From Oculina patagonica (taxonomy: Eukaryota): 64,000 nucleotides of DNA. Both the position numbers and the translations under genes were made by a program. Positions 24,809 through 35,600 of this stretch are shown one piece after another. The stretch spans positions 16,244,001 to 16,308,000 of the forward strand of contig NC_135767.1 in NCBI RefSeq assembly GCF_052425735.1, in the 5' to 3' direction. Under the pieces are notes generated by a model that had not been told where the DNA came from, did no database searches, and saw only the letters and a program-made list of their open reading frames with translations. Each line of letters opens with the position of its first letter. The first letter of the stretch is position 1.

Positions 24809-26578
24809 AAAGGAAACCACCAACGTGCATGGTATTTCTAATAAACCTGAAGAAACTGGTTATATCATTAATTTTTACAGGATTTCATGTATAATACTTT
24901 TTAGTTTTAGTTTTCTTATCTCTGTTTTGTTTGTTTGTTGTTGTTTTTTTTTAGTTTTAATTTTCGGTAATAGCCGATCAGAGATAAGGGATATTTGTCC
25001 ACATGCCATATTTATTCGATTAGGCGCCCAACCTGAATTAAGGAAGGAAATAAGTATTAGCGTCCAGTCTCGACTTTAAGCGACCAATTCGCTGCTATTG
25101 CCTCCCTGGGTTACCCAGCCCGAGTGGCTCAGGATGACCCTGATGCTAGATACATTTTTTTGTCCAAATTACAGCAAAAACAAATAAATACACACTTAGC
25201 AGGACCACTGGATGCAACTTCTAATGATTGTTTGAATTATTTTAATTCCATAATGTTTCACTCGTTCCTCTTCTTCCACACAGCCAATAAATATTTGTAC
25301 AAGATCTGAACATGACATAATAAGCTATATTACTTTTTTTAGGTGTGCGTATAGTAAGTAGAGTGTGCGGAGGGATGACATATATTTCACAATAAACTTG
25401 TTCTGTGCAATTACGAAATTAAATTGTTTAACATTGCTTTAAAGGCAAACAGTGTTGGCCGACCTGTGCTTAGTTTGGACATTTCCAGATTAATAGAAGA
25501 GCTAACCTAAATACATTTATTTATAAGTTCTACGAACTTATCTATGGTGCTGGTATGAAGCAATTTTTAGACAGCACAATACCACTACAAATTCGAAGAA
25601 GGTATTGTCAGAGTTCCTTATTCCAGAAGTCTAAATCTAGCATTAGGTTGCGTGCTATCGATCAGATTCACCTGTAGTCTAGTTTTTATAACAAACCTCG
25701 AGCGCGAGGCGCGCAAATAAATGATGTAGCATACTCTACGAAATCATGGCGAGGTGAAACTAAGACAAAAATCTCATCGCCATATAATTTTTAGGAACCA
25801 ATCGCTTTAAAGCATTTGCAGTGCGCGGCTTTATATTGGCTTAAATACGTTTCCTTGTTTTTTCGCGTCATCAAAGCGTTTTGTTTTTCGAATTCTCTTT
25901 CAAAAGAGCGTATGAATTCCTTCAATAAAAACACATCAAGCACCACTTGATGTATTGTTATTAATTCTAAAAGTCTGTATCTCTTGTAATGGGTCTTGTG
26001 CTATCAGATTTGCGAGTACTATTTTTAGAATAAACCTTGCGCGCGAGAAAATGACATAGCTTATGGCGTGCACGTGCAATGAAATTGTGGCAAGCTACCG
26101 CTTTCATTCGCGGTCGTTATTAGTTTGCGAGTGTCCTTTTTTTGGCAGACTTTGAAAAATATATTTAGAATATAGTGACAATTATAATATATAATTATAA
26201 TTATATGATCCCGTGTGCGTTCCCTCAGCTCTTAATAGTACATTGCTTTCTTACAAAAGCTACAGAATAAAGCATTTTAAAGGTTAAAAGAAGACCTAAT
26301 TAGTCAGTCAACCTTTGTCCCTTCTAAACGGGAGTTTCTATAACGAGAAATGCACTAGCGTTCTCAATCTAATAACAATAAGACATCAACAAATTAATGT
26401 TCCCAACCCATGAAGTCAAAACAAGAAAACAAGTTCAGTGGGAGAAAAGGGGTAAGGGATGAAGTGCTCGAGTTGCCAATCAGAATCATCAATAGAAATC
26501 ATGCAGGGTACATGTATCACAGGTTAGTTGGTTGGCAACGAGAGACTGGAATCCTCTCCTTCCTTTCAGGAAGCCCTA

Positions 26579-26794
26579 GTTCCCAAGAAACTGGGGTCCT
26601 AATCTCTAGGACCCTTGGGAACAAACACAACCATATGCCCTGGTTCCCAAGAAACTGGGGTCCTAATCTCTAGGACCCTTGGGAACGTTCCCAAGAAACT
26701 GGGGTCCTAATCTCTAGGACCCTTGGGAACAAACACAACCACATGCCCTGGTTCCCAAGAAACTGGGGTCCTAATCTCTAGGACCCTTGGGAAC
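26579..26794. repeat. Array of four identical 44-bp hairpin units
   Basis: GTTCCCAAGAAACTGGGGTCCTAATCTCTAGGACCCTTGGGAAC at 26579, 26643, 26687, 26751. Confidence 0.95.
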
Positions 26795-27888
26795 AATCAC
26801 AACAACCAACAACAGCAACACTGGGGGGCCCCACTATAAGGGGAAAGCTGACCCTGTGAGGCTATGGGGCAAAAGGGCGAATGGTACAGAGCACTTCATC
26901 CCCTCCCGTGGTTTATTAACTATAAGAAAAGACAATGCTTAGTTAAGATGGTCTAAAGCTATTGAAGAAGTTCAGAAGAGACAGTAATCGAATAACAGAA
27001 TGGTCGAGTTGATACATGCCAGCTCGACACTAAAGCTAACGGTTACATGTATATCAATATCTCAAAAGCAGACACATTGCTCAAGTCCAACAGCTCTAAG
27101 CCTGAGCTAGCATACAAAATGATAACAATATAAAAAACAATGTTTCTGTAAGCAGGCATGCTGCTTAAGTCCATCAGCTCTAAACGTAAGTAAGCATACA
27201 AAATGGACATAATAATTATTAAAATAATGTCTATAAATGCGGGCTTGCTTCTTTAGTCCATCAGCTATGGCTAACGTTTAAAAATAATAATAGTAATATA
27301 ATAAACATCCTTAACATAGCCGGATATGTGCGTAGAACTAAAACATTGCCTACATTTTTACAAATACTAAGCTAAAAGAGAACCAAAGAGGGTTGGGTGG
27401 GTGGGAATTATTGTGAAAACTCTTTTAGGGAGCTCAGAGAATTTGAAGTAAAACTACTCAAGTCTAGATAAAACCGCATGGCCTTGATTGACATAATAGA
27501 AAAGGGGCGATGTGATTGGCCAGCCCGAATAGCGCATCACACTCTAGAAGTGAGTTTGACCTTTGAATGTAACGCAAGAGTGATAGTCTTGCAGCATATT
27601 GCGTGACAGATCTGCGTATTTGAATAGAGTGATCTTATGACTTCTCTGAACTCCTTTCATGGTTGTCACATTAACTTTAATTTATATTACATATAAATTT
27701 GCTTTAATGTTCCCAACCCATGAAGTCAAAACAAGAAAACAAGTTCAGTGGGAGAAAAGGGGTAAGGGATGAAGTGCTCGAGTTGCCAATCAGAATCATC
27801 AATAGAAATCATGCAGGGTACATGTATCACAGGTTAGTTGGTTGGCAACGAGAGACTGGAATCCTCTCCTTCCTTTCAGGAAGCCCTA

Positions 27889-28104
27889 GTTCCCAAGAAA
27901 CTGGGGTCCTAATCTCTAGGACCCTTGGGAACAAACACAACCATATGCCCTGGTTCCCAAGAAACTGGGGTCCTAATCTCTAGGACCCTTGGGAACGTTC
28001 CCAAGAAACTGGGGTCCTAATCTCTAGGACCCTTGGGAACAAACACAACCACATGCCCTGGTTCCCAAGAAACTGGGGTCCTAATCTCTAGGACCCTTGG
28101 GAAC
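27889..28104. repeat. Second copy of the 44-bp hairpin array
   Basis: Identical to 26579-26794, offset 1310. Confidence 0.95.
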
Positions 28105-28299
28105 AATCACAACAACCAACAACAGCAACACTGGGGGGCCCCACTATAAGGGGAAAGCTGACCCTGTGAGGCTATGGGGCAAAAGGGCGAATGGTACAGA
28201 GCACTTCATCCCCACAAATACACGAAGTGTATTCCCCATAGACGAACAGCACGAAAATATAAAATAGGTTGAAGTTAACATGTAAATAAGTAGTAGTAG

Positions 28300-28545
28300 C
28301 CCTTCACTCGACTCCTTTTCAGGAGTATAGACTATCAACAGTCTCTCGTCATAGTATCCTGTCCTGTGCATCCTTCTCTAGCTGGTACCAACTCTTGCCC
28401 ATGGACTCGATCTCTGCTTTTAGCGAACGTCTCCAGGTGTTTCATGGTCGACCTCTCTTTTGACTCCCTTCAGGATTTCAGGTCAAAGCTTGCCTTTTGA
28501 TGGAACAGGAAGGCATCCGTAAGGTGTGACCTAGCCATTTCATAC
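28300..28545 (-). mobile_element. Degraded RTE-clade LINE 3' fragment inside the split-repeat element
   Basis: WLGHTLRMP...RQALT*NPEG...RGRP*NTWRRSLKAEIESMGKSW..LEKDAQDR with stops and a frameshift. Confidence 0.7.
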
Positions 28546-30552
28546 ACGTAAAGGAGTAGATATATAAATTCAAGACTGTTAATACTAAAATGCCCTATTC
28601 ATGGTTTCCCTTTGAATGATACAGCACAAATGCAATGAGTGCTGGGAAAAACGGGAATAAAAGACCTTATACAGAGCAAAAGTTTGTTATTCACCACTGG
28701 AATTATACATTGCTGACCTAAGAAACATGGCAGGAAGGCAGAACTCACACAAGAATAAATCAGGGTAGAAGGTGCAAAAAATAAGGCGTATTTGAACAAT
28801 TAAGACACTTGCTACACAGACATGCATTCATTTTAGATAGAGTAGCTCCTGTTGGATTTATCCTTGTGCCACTAAACTTGGCAGGCTTGAAATGGTTCAA
28901 TGCTTCTGCATGAACAAAGTAATGTATTCACTACAAAGCAAAATGTTATGTTTTGATCCTAGAATCCTCACTTTTATATTTCCTGTGACATACTCCCGTA
29001 GAAAGTCCTGTTATTGTATTTTATGTTAGGGCCGTTCCTAGGCAATTTTAGTGGTAGTAAAGGCAGGTACGCCCCTGTATGTCTTGGATCAAATTCTTGC
29101 TACAATAATATTATTGTTCAATTTCCCCTTGAGTTATAACATATTTTTTGTTAAAATGGCAGTGACAATGGCACCTTTAAATACCTCAAATTTCTTGCAT
29201 TAAATGTAAAAACTGTTTACATTTTTAGAATCTTCATAAAGTATTCTATAAGCTGAGAACTTTCGTTGCTTTGAGTTGTTATTTGTCCTATTTTTACTTT
29301 AGTGACAAGGGACGAGAATTCACCACCCTAGCCTCCAGCAAAGCTAAGTTTATGTCGCTCTTCCTCAACTTTGAGCAGCCAAATTATAAAGGGTCTCGTC
29401 TACTCAGGTATTAAGACATGACTTCGAACATTACAGAAGATAACAATAGCGAATTCCACCGGTATCTTGTAATTTCCAGCCCTTTAGGCTTTTCGACGGC
29501 TGGTGGAAACGGCAGCCTGCAAATTGCTCTAAGTTTCGTTTGTTTTCATATTGAAATCTCATTTAACGCCGGTCTAATATAACGCAAAATAGAATCAGCT
29601 TATAAATATTTATACTTAGCTTTTAGCAAGCTCCACTTGGCCAAGATGCACCCTAGGGAAATCCGGATTGCTTGTCCAATTTTTTACTGACCACTTTCGA
29701 CGGGAGAGAAGGCGGCGCGCTAAACGAGGCTTGAAAGACATTCACGACGGCCTTGACCCTTGTTGACTGTTCTCCGGCTTGACAAGAGAATAGTATATTC
29801 TAGTTGAAGAAATCGTCTTGTTCTTTATAAGTCGTTCATTCACATGAAGCTTACATAATCTCGGGCAAACGAAGGCATGTTGTCTCCACCATACAAATAA
29901 TGTTTTTGTGAGGTTAATGCTTTTTGCTGTAGTGCCGGGTTTAGCCGCGGTTTGGAGACCACAGGACCTTGAAGCCGAGTCGGTAGAGTGGCCATATTCC
30001 GGTAGAGGTAATCTGTTCTGTGTGTGCATATCAAGTTCCTGAGTTGCTGGACCGAATACCTGTTCAGTAGTGCAAGGCCTTCGACAGATCGTCCGCACAT
30101 TTATCTTCGAACGACAGAATAAAATGTGTAAAACCGAAACGTAGTTCGTGGGCAGATACCAGAATAACTCATAAAGTACTGATGGAGCGATGTTGAAGCG
30201 AAAAACAATCGAAAGATATCACAGCAATAATAATTATTGTGAAAACTCTTTTAGGGAGCTCAGAGAATTTGAAGTAAAACTACTCAAGTCTAGATAAAAC
30301 CGCATGGCCTTGATTGACATAATAGAAAAGGGGCGATGTGATTGGCCAGCCCGAATAGCGCATCACACTCTAGAAGTGAGTTTGACCTTTGAATGTAACG
30401 CAAGAGTGATAGTCTTGCAGCATATTGCGTGACAGATCTGCGTATTTGAATAGAGTGATCTTATGACTTCTCTGAACTCCTTTCATGGTTGTCACATTAA
30501 CTTTAATTTATATTACATGTAAATTGGCATTTATATTACATATAAATTTGCT

Positions 30553-30900
30553 CAAAATTTGTCAATTGAGAGTCTTTCTGCTCTATCACTCTCTATTGAG
30601 GAAGGGATGCGTGATTTCGTGACAAGAAATAGCTTCTCAGATTTCTCTGTTTGTTTGTTTGTTTGTTTGTTTGTTGTTTTGTTTTATTTATTTATTTATT
30701 TTTTTCTGATGGATCCCATTAAAAAAGGCATATAATGTTCGCGGAAAGAATGATTTCAAAAATAACCCAAAGGATAGTCATGCTCGGGTGATGGCCTTCT
30801 AACGACAAGTAGGGTGAGGACGCCTTTTAATTATAAGGCAAAGCGATTTATACCTTTGATCTGACTGCATTACGCAGGTAGGACCTGAATTATTAAGTCC
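30553..30900 (-). pseudogene. Decayed duplicate of gene B's terminal codons and 3' UTR (continues at ~26230-26393)
   Basis: CGACAAGTAGGGTGAGGACGCC...AAGCGATTTATACCTTTGAT vs CGACAAGTAGGGCGAGGACGCC...AAGCGACTTACACCTCTGAT (32179-32238); collinear to ~31999. Confidence 0.7.
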
Positions 30901-32224
30901 TTCATACAATTTTCAATGCAAGACAGTTTGTTTCAAACATTTATTTTGCTTTCTTGACTGGAATAGTAACACATTATGATTTTGTCTTTCCTTTTGTTGT
31001 TATTGATCTTATGGTACAACAAACGTTGCTAAATGTAAAAGAAAAGAAAAAAACGAAAGAAAGAAAAGTATCCGAAAAATCCCGGGGTCCGACTGTAATT
31101 CACTTACTGGGGCATCAGTTAAGGCTCGAGAGTAAGGATAAAACAGTCTTAGCTTTTTTTATGCTGCATTCCTTGTCAAGACCTTTACAAAAGCTAGCCA
31201 TGGTTTCTTCAGCTACTGACCTCTAAATGTAAAGTTGTGTTACAATGAAACAGAAATTTAAAACAGTCTAAGCAAATATGACCAGTTTCGCTCCAGTTAC
31301 GTGGGCGGAAATATTCATATCTTATGTTCCAAGCCAGGCAATCAACGCTAGTTCCGCTCTTGCAGACTCTAGGCCAATGGGAGTGCTTGAAACTTTACAG
31401 TTCGGTAGTGTTGAATTTGAAATATCGCCGCTTGTTGAGAATATCACAACACTTATTCAAATTCGGAGAACATATCGTTTATTTATATTTGTATTATTTT
31501 TATATAAATACAACGGTAAACGCTCTAAAACATAGTTTAAATTGTCGTTTCTCGCCCTTTTTGAACTTCAATAGTTATTCTCCTATTTTAGGGCAATACT
31601 GTACAAAGCAAGCCTACTTTAGCTTCTAGCTGTATGAGCGCACTTAACAGTCAAATATCAACACGCGTTTAACAGTGCTCACCTTAATTATGCAGCTATC
31701 TATTACACGCTTTTACTGGCATCACAATCAGCATAAATTATACCCTATAAAACCCTTGGGGGAAGCCAAGTTTACTTTTCAGGTCCCAGTGTATCCGATG
31801 AGCTTGGACTTCGCCGTGTTCGAGCAATTTTTAACAGTACAAAATATTAATATTCCTCGCACTTTTTACAGAATAGAGCACCCTAAAAGCAATTAGTATA
31901 ACAAAATGTGTTGATTTTGAACGGAGTTTTATTGACTGCGCGTAAAGTCAGCTAGTGATTCAACCGATCTAAAATTAAAACTCGCTGAAATCAACGAACA
32001 GAACTTGTCAATTACGAGTCGTTCTGCTATTTTAGGAAATGAATGCGTTATTTTGTGGCATTTTCCTTCTCAGTTTCTCAGTTTTTTTTTTGAAAGATAA
32101 GATTGAAAAAGAAACGCGGTAAAAATGGTTCCAAATATAACCAGAGTGGTAGCTTTGCTTCTTCTTCTGGTCTTCTGGCGACAAGTAGGGCGAGGACGCC
32201 TATTTGATTAATTAGCGAAGCGAC

Positions 32225-32630
32225 TTACACCTCTGATTGAGTCACTGGATTCTCGTAATGAGGGTCTCCAGTATTAAGCCCTGATTGAGTCACTGGATTT
32301 TCGTAACGAGGGTCCCCATTAATAAGCCCTGCATAGACAGCATTTGATCTTCCATTCCCATCATTTAGTTCCTGGTAATGTCCGTTGCTGCGACCAGCTA
32401 CGCCAGAATTTGCATAAGTGTGCGGAACAGTGTCTGGTATTGTACTATATACTGGATCCTTCTCTGTTGTGCTGTCTGTCTCCTCATTCTGCGACGATCC
32501 TCTCCTTCTTAACGGTAAGTCATATCCATCGAATCCTGGGTTACCGTGACCAACTTTGTTGTCCGCCTTGTAACGGAGTGAGTTATTGCTCGACTTTGGT
32601 TTATCAGCAAAGCAGTATGAACGGCGGAAG
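32225..32630 (-). CDS. Gene B terminal exon: Tyr-motif-rich cytoplasmic tail ending TQSEV
   Basis: tacacag|C phase-2 acceptor; ORF 32225-32683. Confidence 0.85.
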
Positions 32631-35600
32631 CTGTGTAAAGAACAAAATAGACCAGAAATCGTTATTTTGCACCTTGGAAGCACTGATGGAAAACGATGTT
32701 CTGTGGAGATGCTTATATGAGTCAGTAATCGAACTCGAGCTCTGGAAAACGAGTTATTTAGTCTTCAGTGACAGCAGTGGAGAATGTATAGGAAGGACCA
32801 GTCCCATCCCCTTGTGACGGAACCTCCCAAAGATCCAAATTAGAATAGAAAAGAGCACAAACCCCTATTCAAATTTCCCAAATGTCTTTAACAGTCTCCG
32901 GTGTGTCCGTAATCGATTTGTGACAACGTATATCTAGGGACGATTATTATTATTGGGTGCTTTTTGGGTAGTTCTTTAGACGTCGGAGGAAAGTGAACGT
33001 ACGCTCTGAAGGTGACGATGCCACAGGTGTTGTCAAATACAATCTTAACAGATTGCAAACCCCTTTCCAGAATTTTCGGGAAAGGAGTTTCGTTTAAATT
33101 CCTACACCATATTATTCCACCAAGCTGATAAAACGAGTTGTGTCTTGACAAGCCAAGTTTATGCTGCACTAGTGATAGTTTTGAAACTATATTGCTTGGG
33201 GGGGGGGGGGGGGGCACCCCCACCCCCACCCTTCTTGCCCTCCTGATTTATACCCGAGAATTGTTGTAATACATTCGTTGCGCTCCATACATACATACCA
33301 GCAGTAGGCAACAACGGCAATGCCAAGTATCACAATAGCTGCAGTAACTACCAATCCTGCAATGAGGGCGGCGTTATCCTTTTCTTTTGATTCGACTTTT
33401 GTCCTCAAGACGTCTGTAGGCGAAAACAGAAAACAAATCGTCATGCCATAGCTAATCTCTCGATATTATTAAATCATAAAAGCTATGTAACAGAAGATCC
33501 ATGTATCTTATATACTGCCGTATTGTATTGTCAGGTACGTCGTTTACAATACTTGTCATTGCCAGCCGTCGTCTTTTACTCCTGGAGGTTAGAAAACACC
33601 ACGCATAATCCTACTAGAAAGAACGCTTCTTTATGGACCTGTTTAAGGTGGCCCGCGGGTATTTATGATGCTGACAGTTCCCTTTTTTAAGCGCGTTTTG
33701 AGACGGGAAATGCAAAACAAATCGACAAATTTTTCGCAATTTAAGATAACGTCATTTGTGTCATAATTTCAAAAGTTCGGCTGAAAACCATCCATCTTTA
33801 TTGACTGCTAACATTTGATGTATATACACGATCTTTCTAACTTTTACACACAAGATTAAGGTGACATCAGCCTCAAAACTGGCTGGTACTGGGTTATTAT
33901 AAGTAACACATTTATGCGACGGTCAAGTCAAACGCATAACACAACAGTTTTCAAAGGCAAAATAAAGATGTCGCTCGTTCAGGAAATCTACGGAGTGGAT
34001 TTTCCTGTAAGTTGTTGTGAGTAAACTTCAACTGTTTGGCAGCGTTTTGGGGAAATTGCGAAACAAATCACCGTGGCATTTTAAAAATAATCGCATTTTA
34101 TTAAAAACGAAGGCTTCCGAAAATCGCTCATTACTTAAACAAATCGCGTTTGATCGCCATAAAATTTATCATTTTATATAATTTAAGCATTATTCTTCAG
34201 TTTCTCAAAAATCTAAGCAATCGCTTCACGTTTTCCCGTTTTAAAACGCGCTTAAAAAAGGGAACTGTCAGCCTCATAAATACCCGCGGGCCACCTTAAC
34301 GTGGCAAACACCGATCAGCTGCTGTTAAGGTTAGCACCGATGCGAGCAAAGTCTTTCGTTTATAAATGTAGTTAAACAAAATATCTACTTCTTTGTGTAG
34401 AGTACATGTATTTATCTCTTAACCCTTTCACTCCTAAACGCACATTCAGGCGCTATTTGGAGGTGCAGTCATAGATTCACTTGTGATGTCATCAATAAGC
34501 ACGTCAGTGGAATTTCGTGATAAGAATCTGACAGAGCTTGGATCGACCCAGGGGGGGGGGGGGCACCGTTCTTTGAATACATAGCAGTGCTTGGAAACGG
34601 TGCGAGTCCATGTCAATCAAGCCGTTGCTAAGAAAGACGTCAAACAAAAGTTTTGTTTTCTCAGAAAGATTTAAATATCAATGACCGCGTGCGTATGAAA
34701 TGCGAATAGTCGCTGTGTTTGCGTTTGATGTTTTACGCCGCTGAGATGTTTTTTGGCATTTTCCGCCAGATTTCCACCTAATGTCTCACGTCACTGAGAA
34801 TGTTTTGGCGGCGGCGTGGAATAACAAGCGAAAAAAAATTGTCACGTTTGGAATTTAACAACCAAAAAAATAGAAAATAATTTCAGAACCATTGGAGTTA
34901 TTTTTAATTAGTATAATTCACAAGCCTTACTTTTGCCAGACTGGTCACCGTTATCACTGTTTGTTGTCTTGATGTCCGGAAGACTTCAAAGAAGCAATCA
35001 AAATGCAAATAGCTATTGTGTTTTGTGCACGGTCAAGACCAAATCATGCGAACTAAACAATGAAATTTGTCAAGCTATTCACTACGCCCTTAGCAACCAT
35101 TCGATAGCTACTGCGCAGTCTCGGTTGCCCGGCACCGCTATGATTACTTTTTGAGCCGTGTAACAAAGGAAGTTTCTTCCCCCCCCCCCCCCCCCCCTGG
35201 ATCGACCTTTCTACAGGACTGTTCATTTTGAATATCGGTTGCATTCTGACAGAGGTAATCAAAGAAAAGCACAATCCATTTTTGGTGCAAAATCGTTGCT
35301 TAAACAGGCCAGTACACCTGTAATTGGTCAAGGTCGCCTTTTCAGTGTTTTCCAATGATAACGTCAAATTTTTTTTGGCCAAAAGAAAGGATATGAAGAG
35401 TTGAAAGTAAGGAGAATAAGAAGGCAGGAAAAAAAGGAAGCAAAAGGGGCAAAAAAAAAAAATTGGAACGGTTCAGCAAAAAAAAAAGGCTATATGCGCA
35501 TGCACCAAAGTAAAATATTGTACATTTTTACACAGAATCTTTATGGAAATGTTGCTGAAGTGTAACAAAGTGCTTCTTTAGCAAAGTTGAGGTAAATTCC

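Larger units (their letters stand above)
26394..30552 (-). mobile_element. Non-autonomous split-direct-repeat element (Ngaro/PAT/TOC1-like tyrosine-recombinase retrotransposon architecture)
   Basis: A 26394-26903 = 27704-28213 (510 bp); B 27406-27703 = 30232-30552 (plus a 23-bp duplication). The internal B|A junction equals right end joined to left end; no TSD; strand inferred from repeat order. Confidence 0.75.

Noticed and set aside
26579-28104. CRISPR array (palindromic repeats with spacers)
   Set aside because: Eukaryotic context, no cas genes, and spacers are 20/0/20 nt and nearly identical to each other.
26394-28213. Ordinary LTR pair or TRIM; duplicated 87-aa ORF as a gene
   Set aside because: No clear TG...CA ends or TSD, and the interleaved B repeat shows a larger split-repeat unit; the ORF runs through the hairpin array and has no recognisable domain.
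29742-30100. ORFs inside the split-repeat element as a gag-like gene
   Set aside because: Short, overlapping in different frames, with no CCHC, RT or YR motifs; a decayed ORF cannot be excluded.
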